Positions 16,152 through 29,293 of a stretch of 64,000 bases of DNA are shown piece by piece. The notes beneath the pieces are model-generated. The model did not search any database. It was not told where the DNA came from and saw only the letters and a program-made list of their open reading frames with translations. This stretch comes from an uncultured Wenzhouxiangella sp. (lineage in GTDB: Bacteria > Pseudomonadota > Gammaproteobacteria > Xanthomonadales > Wenzhouxiangellaceae), in NCBI GenBank assembly GCA_964446675.1, contig CAYUPK010000015.1:14753-78752 (forward strand), in the 5' to 3' direction. Numbering within the stretch: position 1 is the stretch's first letter; each line of letters begins with the position of its first letter. The translations under genes were made by a program, and so were the position numbers.

Positions 16152-16934
16152 TTAGCAACCGTCCAGCGGCAGATTCGTGCTCAGCAGCCGGATATCGAGC
16201 TTGTCCCTGCCGTCTTCCCGGCGCAGGATACGCACCGGCATCCAGGCGAAATCAGCGGCGTGCCAGGACAGGTTGTTCTTGTCCGAACCGGGGTTTTCAA
16301 TGCGCCGGATGCGAACGGTGTCGAAACAGCCGGCCGGCAACTCCAGGGTTTCTTCGCCGTCGTAGGCGTACTGCTTGTGCTTGACCTCGTTGCGGTCGAG
16401 CAGGGTGAAATCGTACGTGGCCCGGCGCTGCGACTCGTTGGCCAGGTTGGCCGCCAACTGCAGGCGCAGACTCAGGGGGTCGACCATGTTGTCGACCAGT
16501 TCGATCGTCTCGGTGCCGTCTTCGGTGCGCACCTCGGTGGTGCCCGCCTGCCAGTCCGTGCGGTGCTGGAAGAAGCGGTTGTTAGCCGGCGCGTGCTGAG
16601 CGTGATGGTAGGTCAGCATCACGATCTGGTCGCCGCGCCAGACGAAGTGGGCGGCCTCCTCGGCGGAGACGTTCAATGCCTTCACCCACCAGGCCGTGGC
16701 GTGGGTGTCGGAGCGATAGTGCCACACGCCGTTGTCGAGCTGCTCGAGGCTGACCGTCAGCTCGCCGATTTTCTTGCCGTGGCGCAGCACCTCGTAGGAG
16801 GCCTTGTGGGCGGGGATGGGAGGGCTGTCATTAGCCGCCATCAGCGCGCCCGGACAGGCGGCCGTCAAGAGCCAGATCGCGGCCAAGCTCAAGCGGCTGA
16901 TCGAGCGGCCGATCGTCGATTTGAATGGAATCAT
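16152..16934 (-). CDS. DUF3108-type secreted protein
   Basis: 260 aa with a signal peptide. It sits immediately downstream of purN, a position I recall for DUF3108 proteins in Xanthomonadales-like genomes. Its start overlaps the purN 3' end by 104 nt. Confidence 0.6.
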   Translation of the reverse strand: MIPFKSTIGRSISRLSLAAIWLLTAACPGALMAANDSPPIPAHKASYEVLRHGKKIGELTVSLEQLDNGVWHYRSDTHATAWWVKALNVSAEEAAHFVWRGDQIVMLTYHHAQHAPANNRFFQHRTDWQAGTTEVRTEDGTETIELVDNMVDPLSLRLQLAANLANESQRRATYDFTLLDRNEVKHKQYAYDGEETLELPAGCFDTVRIRRIENPGSDKNNLSWHAADFAWMPVRILRREDGRDKLDIRLLSTNLPLDGC

Positions 16935-17532
16935 GGCGGAGTTCGACCCGGTGATTGAGCAAAAGTGCCAGTGTAGCCGGATACAGGCGGTGTTCGAGCG
17001 GTAGCAGGCGGTCGGCCAGGGTGTCGGCGGTGTCGTCGGCGCCGACCTCGATGGTCACCCGGCTGATGACTGGGCCGGCGTCCAGTGCCGGCGTGACGAA
17101 ATGCACGCTGGCGCCGTGTTCGCGCTCGCCGGCGTCGAGCACGCGCTGGTGCGTGTGCAGTCCGCGGTGGCGCGGCAGCAGGGAGGGGTGGATGTTGATC
17201 ATGCGCCCCCGATGCCGGTTGACGAAATCGGCGCCCAGCACCCGCATGAAGCCCGCCAGCACGATCCAGGCCGGCTCGAAGCCGGCGATCGCCGCCGTCA
17301 GGCTGTCCTCGAACGCCGCGCCATCGGCGAACCGTTTGCGCTCCAGGCTGACGGTATCGATGCCGGCCTCGGCCGCCAGCGCCAGGCCGGCGGCCTGCGG
17401 ACGATCCGAGATCACCGCGGCGATGCGCGCGGGGAGCCGGCCGGCGTCGATAGCCTGGTGGATGGCCTGGAAATTGCTGCCGCGTCCAGACAGCAGGACG
17501 ACGAGGCGGGGGGGGTCTGGCAGTGGCGACAC
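16831..17532 (-). CDS. purN: Phosphoribosylglycinamide formyltransferase
   Basis: VVLLSGRGSNFQAI, INIHPSLLPRHRGLHTHQRVLDAGEREHGASVHFV. GTG start 1 nt after the purM stop. Confidence 0.93.
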   Translation of the reverse strand: MSPLPDPPRLVVLLSGRGSNFQAIHQAIDAGRLPARIAAVISDRPQAAGLALAAEAGIDTVSLERKRFADGAAFEDSLTAAIAGFEPAWIVLAGFMRVLGADFVNRHRGRMINIHPSLLPRHRGLHTHQRVLDAGEREHGASVHFVTPALDAGPVISRVTIEVGADDTADTLADRLLPLEHRLYPATLALLLNHRVELRHDSIQIDDRPLDQPLELGRDLALDGRLSGRADGG

Positions 17533-17533
17533 G

Positions 17534-18568
<1,035 letters not shown>

Positions 18569-18718
18569 CGCGTGTCGCCGGTTCGTGAGTGGGACTGCGT
18601 ATTATGACGTATCGACTGCGCCGACGTTGAGCCGCAGCGCCATTTGCGCTAGGCTTGCCCGGCGCCAACGGGGGGACTGGTTTCCCGACGGCCGCATCCA
18701 GCAAGTGGAGAAAACGCA

Positions 18719-20445
<1,727 letters not shown>

Positions 20446-20446
<1 letters not shown>

Positions 20447-20976
20447 TGAAGGCTTTTGCAATCGTTCTGATCATGGCCGGTTTCGTTCTCGGCGCCGTAT
20501 TCGCCGTGCTCTCGGTAGAAACCGTCGACTGGCTGCCTTTCGGTCTTTCGCTTTTCATCGGTTTTTCCGGCATCGTGCTCTTGCGCAAGAGCCAGCATGC
20601 CGGGGCCAGCGACGAACACCACGTGGCCGGCAACATCGACACGCTGCAGAATTCGCTCGACAGCATCTGCCGCAACCTCGACGAGCTGGTCGCCCGTCGC
20701 CAGGCCGTGCCGCCGCACGAGTTTCGCTTCGAGATCGATCGTCAGTTCCGCTCCGACCTGACCACCTTCGCTGCCTCGCGCGAGTCGATGCAGCACGCCT
20801 TCGGCCTGCAGGCCTACGCCGACATCATGAGCGCTTTTGCCGCCGGCGAGCGCTACATCAACCGCGTGTGGACAGCTTCGGCCGACGGCTATGTCGACGA
20901 GGTCATGGCCTATCTGGAAAAGGCGCAGCGGCAGTTTGTCGAAGCCCGCGAGGCCTTCATGGCGCAGCGCGGCTGA
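20446..20976 (+). CDS. Hypothetical membrane protein (2 TM segments plus a soluble helical domain)
   Basis: 176 aa. Its ATG overlaps the OPT stop codon (TGATG at 20444-20448). No recognisable family. Confidence 0.6.
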
Positions 20977-21031
20977 GCCGGAGGCTGTGCGGTCAACTGC
21001 GCGCAAATCGCTGTGCTATCTTTGCGGCGTG

Positions 21032-22072
21032 ATGCCCCGACTACTACCTCTTTTTCTGCTCTTGATGCTGGCTGCGGCGCCAGCCGCGTCAGCGTCCCTG
21101 TATACCGGCGAGGTGCCGGTCGAAGCCGACGCGCGCATCAGCACGAGCGAGCAGCTCGACGCACTTGACCAGGTGTTGGCGCGCCTGACCGGACGCTTCG
21201 ACGCCTCGCTGGTTTCCGTGCTGGGTCTGGGCGCCGGCAGCCTGCAAGATCTGGTCTTGTCGCAGCAACTGGTGCGGCGCAAGATCGTCGACGCCGAGGG
21301 TGAAGCGAGCGAGGAACTGAGGCTGCAGGTAGATTTCGACCAGCCTTCGATCAACGAACTGCTGGAGCGCAACGGGCTGCCGCGCTGGGGTCGCGAGCGC
21401 CCGGCCATACTGCTCTGGGCGGTGATCGAAGACCAGGCCGGCACCCGCTTTGTCGAGACTCCCGGGCTGGAATACGTCATTGCCGACCAGGCGCGACGCC
21501 TGGGGCTGGAAGTGATTCGTCCGCTGCGCGATGCCATGGATCTCGCCGAGATATCTCCGCAGGACGTACGCGGCGGATTTCTGGGCTCGGCCGAGGCCAG
21601 CGCGCGGCGCTACGGCGCCGGCGTGATTGCCATGCTGGATCTTCGCATCAAGGAGCCCGACCCCGACTCGCCCTGGTGGACGGGCCGCTGGCGCTGGCGA
21701 ATCGAAGGTGCAGAATCGGGCCTGACCCACAGCGGAGAACGCCCGGAGGGCCTGATTCGAAGCGGTCTCGAGCGCCTGGCCTCGGCCCTGGCCGCCCGCT
21801 ATGCGGTGGCAGATCGTGGCGGCGAGTCGACCGCCTGGCGAATCACGGTTCAGGGCATCGTCGACGAAGTGCAGTACGCTGAAGTGCTGGCTTATCTCGA
21901 CAATCTCAGCGTGGTCGACGACGTTCGCGTGGTCTCGGCCGAAGGCCGCCAGATGACCTTCGAGGTGGGCGCCGGCGGGCAGGACATCGAGCCCTATCTC
22001 GGCCTGGGGGGCATGCTCGAGCTCGAGCGTCGCGGCCCGGATCGCCATCTTCACTACCGGTTCGCGCGTTGA
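21032..22072 (+). CDS. DUF2066-type secreted protein
   Basis: Signal peptide MPRLLPLFLLLMLAAAPAASASLYTGEVPV. It is followed by a CDP-alcohol phosphatidyltransferase and hda, a conserved gammaproteobacterial neighbourhood as I recall it. I chose the ATG at 21032. Confidence 0.65.
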   Translation: MPRLLPLFLLLMLAAAPAASASLYTGEVPVEADARISTSEQLDALDQVLARLTGRFDASLVSVLGLGAGSLQDLVLSQQLVRRKIVDAEGEASEELRLQVDFDQPSINELLERNGLPRWGRERPAILLWAVIEDQAGTRFVETPGLEYVIADQARRLGLEVIRPLRDAMDLAEISPQDVRGGFLGSAEASARRYGAGVIAMLDLRIKEPDPDSPWWTGRWRWRIEGAESGLTHSGERPEGLIRSGLERLASALAARYAVADRGGESTAWRITVQGIVDEVQYAEVLAYLDNLSVVDDVRVVSAEGRQMTFEVGAGGQDIEPYLGLGGMLELERRGPDRHLHYRFAR

Positions 22073-22650
22073 ACCTCGCCTTCATTCCCAACCTGCTCAC
22101 GATCGGCCGGATGGTGGTCGTACCCCCGCTGGTCTGGCTGTTGCTGATCGGCGAATACCAGTGGGCGCTGGCGCTGGCGATTTTCGCCGGCGTCTCCGAC
22201 CTGCTCGACGGCTGGCTGGCGCGGCGGTTTTCCTGGCAGTCGCGCTGGGGCAGCGTATTCGATCCGCTGGCCGACAAGCTGCTGATGTTCGCCAGCTACC
22301 TTACCCTCGGCTGGCTTGGTGAATTGCCATGGTGGCTGATTGCGCTCGTCATCTTTCGCGATCTGGTCATCGTCATCGGCGGCTTCGTCTACCACTTTCG
22401 TTTCGAGCACGTCGACGCCCGGCCGACCCAGTTGTCGCGCTTCAACACCTTCTGCCAGGTCTTCCTGATGTGGTTCGTGCTGGTTCGCCTGGCCGGTCTG
22501 CCGCTGCCGCGCGAAGCCCAGATCGGGCTGGTCTGGCTGGTGGCCGTGATGGCCTTGCTGACGCTGGTCCACTACACCTGGATCTGGACGAGCCGGGCGG
22601 TGCTTGTCACCCGCGCGCGTCGCCACAGCGATCAGGATTCCAGCTCCTGA
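22069..22650 (+). CDS. CDP-alcohol phosphatidyltransferase family protein
   Basis: DLLDGWLARRF...GSVFDPLADKLL is the D(x)2DG(x)2AR...G(x)3D(x)3D motif. TTG start overlaps the upstream stop. Confidence 0.85.
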   Translation: MNLAFIPNLLTIGRMVVVPPLVWLLLIGEYQWALALAIFAGVSDLLDGWLARRFSWQSRWGSVFDPLADKLLMFASYLTLGWLGELPWWLIALVIFRDLVIVIGGFVYHFRFEHVDARPTQLSRFNTFCQVFLMWFVLVRLAGLPLPREAQIGLVWLVAVMALLTLVHYTWIWTSRAVLVTRARRHSDQDSSS

Positions 22651-22660
22651 GAGCGCCGCC

Positions 22661-23341
22661 GTGAGTCGTGCCCAGCTTCCACTGGCGCTCAAGCCGCCGC
22701 GTCGTCCCCGCTTCGACAATTTCATCGTCGGGCCCAACCAGGCGGTGGTGGCCACACTGTCGCAGGGCGTGGAAGCGGGCGGCTGGTATTTCGTCGCCGG
22801 CGCGGCCGGTTCGGGGCGTTCGCATCTGCTTGCCGCCTTCTTCGGCGAGCGCTGCCGTCGCGGTGACCGGGTGCATTTCATCGCCCTGGGCAAGCCGCAG
22901 CAGCGGATGCTGCTCGATCACGCCGAGGGCGACTGGGTGGTGCTCGACGATGTCGATCGACTGGCCGGCGACAAAGCCGGCGAACAGGCCCTGTTCAATG
23001 CCCTCAACCGCTGGCGCGCGGTGCGCAGCGGCGTGGTGATGAGCGGGGCCGGGCGCGACGGTTTCGCGCTGCCGGATCTGCGCTCGCGCCTGGGCCAGGC
23101 CACGCGCCTGACCCTCAAGCCGCTCGAGGAGCCCGAGCTGGCCGAGCTGGTTAGCAACCTGGCGGCCGAGCACGAAGTGCTGCTCGGGCGCGGCGTGGTT
23201 GACTACATCCTCAGCCACGCGCCGCGCAACACCGGGCGCATGGCCGAGCTGGTGGTGGCCGCGGCGCACCGCGCGCTGACCGAGCGACGAACGCTGTCGG
23301 TGCCCCTGATGCGCGACATGCTCCACGAAAACGCCGGTTGA
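22661..23341 (+). CDS. hda: DnaA regulatory inactivator Hda
   Basis: N-terminal clamp-binding motif QLPLAL, FDNFIVGPNQ, an AAA+ core (GAAGSGRSHLL, VVLDDVD) and LPDLRSRL. I chose the GTG at 22661. Confidence 0.85.
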   Translation: MSRAQLPLALKPPRRPRFDNFIVGPNQAVVATLSQGVEAGGWYFVAGAAGSGRSHLLAAFFGERCRRGDRVHFIALGKPQQRMLLDHAEGDWVVLDDVDRLAGDKAGEQALFNALNRWRAVRSGVVMSGAGRDGFALPDLRSRLGQATRLTLKPLEEPELAELVSNLAAEHEVLLGRGVVDYILSHAPRNTGRMAELVVAAAHRALTERRTLSVPLMRDMLHENAG

Positions 23342-23358
23342 CGGCGGCCGCGAATCGC

Positions 23359-25017
23359 TCAGTAGCTCTTGTTGTGGACGCCGCGCATGGCGCGGCCCGA
23401 AGGGTCGGCCATCTTTTCGAGTGCCGCGTCCCAGGCCAGGGCTTCCGGGCTGGAACAGGCCACCGATGGCCCGCTGGGAACGGTGGCGACGGCAGCCGGT
23501 GATGGGAAATGACGCTCGAACAGGCGCCGGTAGAGGCAGGCTTCCTTTGTGGCCGGTGAGTTGAGCGGGAAGCGCCGGGCCGCCTCGGCCAGTTCGCGGT
23601 CGCTGACATGTTGATCGGCAAAGGCCTTGAGCGCATCGATCCAGCCGTAGCCGACGCCGTCGGAAAACTGTTCCTTCTGACGCCACAGGATCTCGTCGGG
23701 CAGCAGGCCGGCGCCGGCTTCGCGCAGGATGGCCTTCTCCGGCCGATCGCGGCCGGCCATCTTGGCGGCCGGGTCGATCGACATGGCCGCATCCAGAAAC
23801 GCCAGATCGAGAAACGGCACGCGCGCCTCGACACCCCAGGCGGCCATGGCCTTGTTGGCGCGCAGGCAGTCGAACTGGTGCAGTTTTTCGAGCTTGCGCA
23901 CGGTCTCTTCGTGCAGGGCGCGGGCGTCGGGCGCCTTGTGGAAATAGAGATAGCCACCGAAGATCTCGTCGGCGCCCTCGCCGGAGAACACCATCTTGAT
24001 GCCCATGGCCTTGATGCGGCGCGCCAGCAGGAACATCGGCGTGGCCGCGCGCACGGTCGTGACATCGAACGTCTCGATGTGGGCGATGACGTCGTCGAGG
24101 GCGTCGAGGCCTTCCTGGATGGTGTAGTGGAACTCGTGGTGCTGGGTGCCGATCGCTTTGGCGACGACGCGAGCCGCGGCCAGGTCGGGCGAGCCTTCCA
24201 GGCCAATGGCAAACGAGTGCAGGCGCGGCCACCAGGCCTGTTCGGTATCGTCGGACTCGATGCGATGCCTGGCATAGCGCTGAGCGATGGCGGCGATGAG
24301 TGAGGAATCCAGCCCGCCGGAGAGCAGCACGCCGTAGGGCACGTCGCACATCATCTGTCGGTGGACGGCGTCTTCCAGCGCCTGGCGCAGCTTCGGCGGG
24401 CTGGCCGGCTGGTTCGCGTTTGGAAATTCGCGCCAGGCCGGCTGGTACCAGCGGCGAATCTCGCCGTTGGCCGAATCGAGCAGGTGGCCGGGCGGAAAGA
24501 TCTCGACCTGGCGGCACCAGGGCTCGATGGCTTTCATTTCCGACGCGACCCAGAACATGCCGTCTTCGTCACGGCCGTGGTAGAGGGGCATCACGCCGAT
24601 GGGGTCGCGGGCCACGAGATAGCGGTCGGCGTGCTGGTCGTAGAGGACGAAGGCGAAAATGCCGTTGAGCTTGTGCAGGAAACCGGTACCGAATCGCCGG
24701 TAAAGGGCGAGGATCACCTCGCAGTCCGAGCCGGTCTGGAACGCGTAGTCGCCGCATTCGCCGCGCAGTTGGCGGTGGTTGTAGATTTCGCCGTTGACGC
24801 CGAGCACCTGGCGCTCGTCTGGCGACAACAGGGGCTGGGCGCCGGATTCAATGTCGACGATGGCCAGGCGTTCGTGGGCGATGATGGCCCGGTCGTTAAC
24901 GTAGATGCCGCTCCAGTCGGGCCCGCGATGGCGCTGCCTTCGCGAGGCCTGCAAGGCAAGGCCCCGCAGGCCGGTGCGGCCTGCGGGGATCTCGAACAAC
25001 CCGAGGATCGAGCACAT
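23359..25017 (-). CDS. asnB: Asparagine synthase (glutamine-hydrolysing)
   Basis: 552 aa. MCSILGLF gives the N-terminal Cys2 nucleophile. Also LLSGGLDSSLIAAIA and FSGEGADEIFGGYLYFH. Confidence 0.95.
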   Translation of the reverse strand: MCSILGLFEIPAGRTGLRGLALQASRRQRHRGPDWSGIYVNDRAIIAHERLAIVDIESGAQPLLSPDERQVLGVNGEIYNHRQLRGECGDYAFQTGSDCEVILALYRRFGTGFLHKLNGIFAFVLYDQHADRYLVARDPIGVMPLYHGRDEDGMFWVASEMKAIEPWCRQVEIFPPGHLLDSANGEIRRWYQPAWREFPNANQPASPPKLRQALEDAVHRQMMCDVPYGVLLSGGLDSSLIAAIAQRYARHRIESDDTEQAWWPRLHSFAIGLEGSPDLAAARVVAKAIGTQHHEFHYTIQEGLDALDDVIAHIETFDVTTVRAATPMFLLARRIKAMGIKMVFSGEGADEIFGGYLYFHKAPDARALHEETVRKLEKLHQFDCLRANKAMAAWGVEARVPFLDLAFLDAAMSIDPAAKMAGRDRPEKAILREAGAGLLPDEILWRQKEQFSDGVGYGWIDALKAFADQHVSDRELAEAARRFPLNSPATKEACLYRRLFERHFPSPAAVATVPSGPSVACSSPEALAWDAALEKMADPSGRAMRGVHNKSY

Positions 25018-25029
25018 TGGTGCCGGTCT

Positions 25030-26751
25030 TCAGTTCTTGAGCGTCATCGTGCTGCGAAACTCGATGCCGCGCTCGGTCAGGTGCATGCTGGCGTGGGTGT
25101 AGTCGTAGATTTCGCCGAGCGCGTTCATGACCTCGGCCGGATCAGCCGATGCACTTTCTTCACCCATGGCCTCGAGCTGCTTTTGCATGTTGTCGAACAC
25201 GTCGCCAAGCGCGTCGGCATAGCCTTCGAAGTTGACCCCGTAGCTGAACACGGCGCTGCCGCCGTTGCCCGGGTCCATGGTCTCCTCTAGCTCATCCTTC
25301 GCGCCTTCGCCGACGGCCATGCCCAGTGAGGCATTACCCAGACCCAGCCAGGCAGATACCCCTTCAGGCATGTTGGGAATGACGCCGGCGGGCACCGGCT
25401 GCGGCTCGCCGCCGGGCTCCAGGGTCATCGAAGCCAGCTCCGGTGAGAACATCTGGGCCATGCCCAGCATCATCTGCGGGTTGCGCATGAACAGCGCCAG
25501 CGAACCTTCAGCCGACTCCACCTGGGAGTTCTCGCCCAGGGTAAGGCTTTCGAGATTCATGCGCAGACCGTGGAAATTGGTGACGACCGGGGGGATCGGC
25601 TGGTTGAGCGCAAGCTGCCAGTCAGCGGCTTTCTCGCGAATGGAATCGAAAAGCTGGCATTGCGGCGGCGTCTCGACCCAGCCGGTAACGATTTCGCGGG
25701 CAAAGTCGCGCGTGCCGACGATGTTGAGCGCCAGGCCGAACTCCAGCACGCCGGCGCTGGATTTCTCCAGATCGACCGGGGTGTCGGCAATGACCTGCAT
25801 GCGCTGCGCAAAGGTCGGCTCAACCTCGAGCGTCATGTTGAACGCCATGAAGTTGTCGTCGATTTCTGTGTAGCCCAGGCTGGCGCGCGGAAACAGATCG
25901 ACCAGGGCGCCAAGCTCGGAGCGGCAGGCCTGATCGTCGGCAATCATCCCCAGCGGCGTGGACTCCCGGGCGGCGGCCAGCATGGCGTCGTCACCGTCGA
26001 GCAGTTGCCCGACGAGCTTGTCGAAGTCGACAAAGCCGCTGCCGAAAGGCGTGTAGCCGCGTTCGTCTCCAAAACGCTCAAGGTCGGCAACGTCAAATGA
26101 GGTGGTCGGCTGGTCCAGATTGGCCACCCGGCGCAGCAGCGAGTTGTCGTCGGGCACGAGGGCCACTGTGGCAAAGTCGTCATCGTAGGACAGCGCCAGG
26201 CCCAGACTCGGTTCTTCCATTCCGATCCAGAGCACCTCGGCGTCATCGACGCTGCGCCAGTTCAACTCGACTTCGGCCTCCTGACCGATTCGCTCCAGGG
26301 TGGCGCGAAACGCGTCAGGGTCGGAAAGCTGCCAGTGAGCAAAAGGATAGAGGGAAACTGCGTGGATTGCCCAGTGGCCGTTCGGATCCAGACCGCGTTC
26401 CTCGAAGGCCTCGCGGCTGTCGATCCGGGCAAACTCCCGCAGCAGCGCTGCGACCACCGGATTTTCGTCCATTTCATCGGCGACCGCGCTGTAGGTTTGC
26501 TGATTGAACTCAGACATCGACGACAGCGGCATCCAGAGTTTTTCGGCGAGATCCTCGGGCAGGGTCTCGATGTTGGCAATCAGCCAGGCGGTGTCGGCAT
26601 CGATGCGCTGAAAAACGGTGCTGGTGGTAGCGGCCTGGCCGCGCTTGTGATCGGTCTCGGCGCCCGGCTGCGCAGCCGGGTCGGCATCGTCGCGGCCGCA
26701 GCCGGCAACTAGCAGCGTACAAAAGCCGATTACGGCGAGTTTGCGAATCAT
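25030..26751 (-). CDS. Hypothetical lipoprotein
   Basis: 573 aa from ATG at 26751. Lipobox LLVAGC. Acidic with coding-like composition. It ends 12 nt upstream of asnB. No recognised family. Confidence 0.65.
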   Translation of the reverse strand: MIRKLAVIGFCTLLVAGCGRDDADPAAQPGAETDHKRGQAATTSTVFQRIDADTAWLIANIETLPEDLAEKLWMPLSSMSEFNQQTYSAVADEMDENPVVAALLREFARIDSREAFEERGLDPNGHWAIHAVSLYPFAHWQLSDPDAFRATLERIGQEAEVELNWRSVDDAEVLWIGMEEPSLGLALSYDDDFATVALVPDDNSLLRRVANLDQPTTSFDVADLERFGDERGYTPFGSGFVDFDKLVGQLLDGDDAMLAAARESTPLGMIADDQACRSELGALVDLFPRASLGYTEIDDNFMAFNMTLEVEPTFAQRMQVIADTPVDLEKSSAGVLEFGLALNIVGTRDFAREIVTGWVETPPQCQLFDSIREKAADWQLALNQPIPPVVTNFHGLRMNLESLTLGENSQVESAEGSLALFMRNPQMMLGMAQMFSPELASMTLEPGGEPQPVPAGVIPNMPEGVSAWLGLGNASLGMAVGEGAKDELEETMDPGNGGSAVFSYGVNFEGYADALGDVFDNMQKQLEAMGEESASADPAEVMNALGEIYDYTHASMHLTERGIEFRSTMTLKN

Positions 26752-26973
26752 GGTCGGTTCCCTCCCGGGAGCAATTTGGTCAATTTGAGGTGCTAGTGTT
26801 ATACAACACCAACACACTTGTCAAGCGAGAGCGTCGGATAAAGCACCGCTTTCACCCTGCTGATCAACGACTGCGTCGTCTCTCGGGCGTCGCTACAGAG
26901 CGCGCGCATTCCCGCCTTGCTCTCCCTTGAATGGCGGACGGAGAGTGTACCCTGATGCAGTAAAATAGCCGCG

Positions 26974-28578
26974 ATGAATACCAATCTTTTTTCCGGCACC
27001 ATTTTCCTGTTTGCTGCCCTGCTGATCAGCGCCATTGCCACGGCCCAAGAGAGCCCGGCTCGCTGGTACCAGGACGGCAGAAACCTGATCACCCAGCGAC
27101 GTGCCGCCCTGGATGAGCCGGGCGAGGCGCGCAACGTCATCTTGTTCGTGGGCGACGGCATGAGCCTGGCCACGGTGGCGGCCGCGCGCATTCTCGAAGG
27201 CCAGCTTCGCGGCGAGACCGGCGAGGAGAATCTGCTGCATTTCGAGCGCTTTCGCCACACCGGCCTGTCGAAGACCTACAACACCAATCAGCAAACGCCC
27301 GATTCGGCCGGCACGATGACGGCCATGGCCACGGGCGTGAAGAGTTTTGCCGGCGCCATCGCGGTCGATCAGAACGCGGCCCGCGGCGACTGCGCCTCGA
27401 TGGCCGGCAACGAGCGCGTCACCCTGCTGGACCTGGCCGTGAGCGGCGGGCTGGCGACCGCGATCGTGACCACCACCCGCATCACCCACGCTACCCCGGC
27501 CGCGCTGTACTCGCGCTCGGTCGATCGCCAGTGGGAAACCGACCGCGCCATTCCGTCATCCCAGCGCGAGGCCGGCTGTCAGGACATTGCGCTGCAGTTC
27601 GTCGAGTATCGACCCGGCACCATCGACGTGGTCTTCGGCGGCGGGCGCCGGGCGTTTCTTCCCACCGACGTGAGCGATCCGGAAGATCCCGACCAGCGCG
27701 GGCATCGCGGCGACGGCCGCAACCTGATCGAGGAGTGGCAGGCCAGGCACGACAACGGCCGCTATGTCTGGAATCGCGAAGGCTTCGACAATCTGCCGGA
27801 TTCGCTCGACGGCCCGGTGCTGGGCCTGTTTCAGCCCAGCCACATGAACTACGAGCACGACCGGCCGCAGGATATCGCCGGCGAGCCCTCGCTGGCGGAA
27901 ATGACCGCAAAGAGCATCGAGCTGCTCGAGAATGCCGACACCGGGTACTTCATGCTCATCGAGGGCGGCCGCATCGATCACGCCCACCACGCCAACAACG
28001 CCTGGCGCGCGCTGACCGATGCCATTGCCTTTGCCGAGGCGGTCCGGACCGCTGACGAGATGACTGGCGAGGACACCCTGATCATCGTCACCGCCGATCA
28101 TGGCCACGCGCTGACCATCGGCGGCTATGGCAAACGCGGCAACCCCATTGCCGGCCTGGCCGAGCGGCCGCAAGAGGGCGGCAAGTCGGGTCGCCTGATG
28201 CGCGACGAAAACGACCAGCCCGTCACCGTGCTGGGCTATTCGAGCGGTCCGGGTTACCGTAATGGCCAGCGGCCCGATTTCAGCGAGGTGGATCCGCAGG
28301 ATCCCGACTATCTGCAGGAAGCGACGGTCGGCATGTGGTCGGGCATGCACTCGGGCGAGGACGTTCCGGTTTATGCCCAGGGCCCCGGTGCGGCTGCCGT
28401 CTACGGCGTGTTCGAGCAGAACGGCATTTTCCACATCATCGTCCAGGCGGTCGCGCCCATGCGCGAAGCTGCCGACTCGCTGGCCGGCGAGGACGGGCTG
28501 CCCGATTTCGAAACGCTGATCTGCCGCGCTCAGTCTTTGCGATCATCCGTTGGTGGATCGTCCCCGAACGACTGCTGA
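26974..28578 (+). CDS. Alkaline phosphatase (PhoA family)
   Basis: Signal peptide, GDGMS, the active-site TPDSAGTMTA (D-S-A), EGGRIDHAHH and TADHGH. Confidence 0.92.
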   Translation: MNTNLFSGTIFLFAALLISAIATAQESPARWYQDGRNLITQRRAALDEPGEARNVILFVGDGMSLATVAAARILEGQLRGETGEENLLHFERFRHTGLSKTYNTNQQTPDSAGTMTAMATGVKSFAGAIAVDQNAARGDCASMAGNERVTLLDLAVSGGLATAIVTTTRITHATPAALYSRSVDRQWETDRAIPSSQREAGCQDIALQFVEYRPGTIDVVFGGGRRAFLPTDVSDPEDPDQRGHRGDGRNLIEEWQARHDNGRYVWNREGFDNLPDSLDGPVLGLFQPSHMNYEHDRPQDIAGEPSLAEMTAKSIELLENADTGYFMLIEGGRIDHAHHANNAWRALTDAIAFAEAVRTADEMTGEDTLIIVTADHGHALTIGGYGKRGNPIAGLAERPQEGGKSGRLMRDENDQPVTVLGYSSGPGYRNGQRPDFSEVDPQDPDYLQEATVGMWSGMHSGEDVPVYAQGPGAAAVYGVFEQNGIFHIIVQAVAPMREAADSLAGEDGLPDFETLICRAQSLRSSVGGSSPNDC

Positions 28579-29213
28579 GCCTCGGCCAGGCGTTCGGGCG
28601 TGCCAATGTCGGCCCACAGGCCAGCGTAGTGCTCGCCGCTGACCAGGCCTTTGGCGATAGCCTGCTCCAGCACCCCACGCAGCGCCCGGCGTCCGGGCGA
28701 GAGCCCGGCAAAAAGCACCGGATCAAAGCGCGCGATGCCGCTGTAGGTCAGGCGCCGGCCGCCGGCCAGCTCCACCTTGCCGGAAGCCAGCGCAAAGTCG
28801 CCTTCCGGGTGATGCGGTGGATTGTCGACCAGCACCAGATGGGCCGGCTCACTCGCCTCCAGCTTCACGAGCCGCTCGAAGGGGTAGTCGCTGAGCACAT
28901 CGGCGCTGATCGCCAGAAAGGGCGCGTCACCGAGCATATCAAGCGCCTGCACGATGCCGCCGGCGGTTTCGAGTGCCTCGGGCGGCTCCTGCGAATACCG
29001 GATTTCGATCCCGAAGGCTTCGCCGTGCCCGAGATGTTTGTTGATCCTGTCGCCCAGCCAGGCCAGGTTGATCACCGCCTCCTCGATGCCGGCTGCCGCC
29101 AGCCGCTCCAGGTGGCGCACGATCAACGGTTTGCCCCCGACCTCGATGAGCGGTTTCGGGATCTTATCGGTCAGCGGCTTGAGCCGTTCGCCGCGGCCGG
29201 CCGCCAGGATCAT
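28530..29213 (-). CDS. murU: N-acetylmuramate alpha-1-phosphate uridylyltransferase-like nucleotidyltransferase
   Basis: MILAAGRGERLKPLTDKIPKPLIEVGGKPLI with ETAGGI, and an AmgK-like kinase nearby. I chose the ATG at 29213. Its 3' end overlaps phoA convergently by 49 nt. Confidence 0.8.
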   Translation of the reverse strand: MILAAGRGERLKPLTDKIPKPLIEVGGKPLIVRHLERLAAAGIEEAVINLAWLGDRINKHLGHGEAFGIEIRYSQEPPEALETAGGIVQALDMLGDAPFLAISADVLSDYPFERLVKLEASEPAHLVLVDNPPHHPEGDFALASGKVELAGGRRLTYSGIARFDPVLFAGLSPGRRALRGVLEQAIAKGLVSGEHYAGLWADIGTPERLAEAQQSFGDDPPTDDRKD

Positions 29214-29293
29214 GGCGCGCAAGGCGATCTCCTGTCCAGGGTGCTGGGAACATCTCGATAGTCTATTGTATTTTGCCGCCGGTTCTGTAACGC

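Noticed and set aside
16831-16934. The 104-nt overlap between the purN 3' end and the DUF3108 start, as a possible frameshift or annotation problem.
   Set aside because: The purN C-terminal tail still resembles the E. coli PurN tail for most of its length. The DUF3108 signal peptide requires the upstream ATG. A genuine overlap is therefore the simplest reading.
26752-26973. Pho box upstream of the alkaline phosphatase gene.
   Set aside because: Only one weak half-site (TTGTCAA) is present, with no second CTGTCAT-like repeat 11 bp away. The small palindrome GTGTTATACAACAC was noted but has no support.
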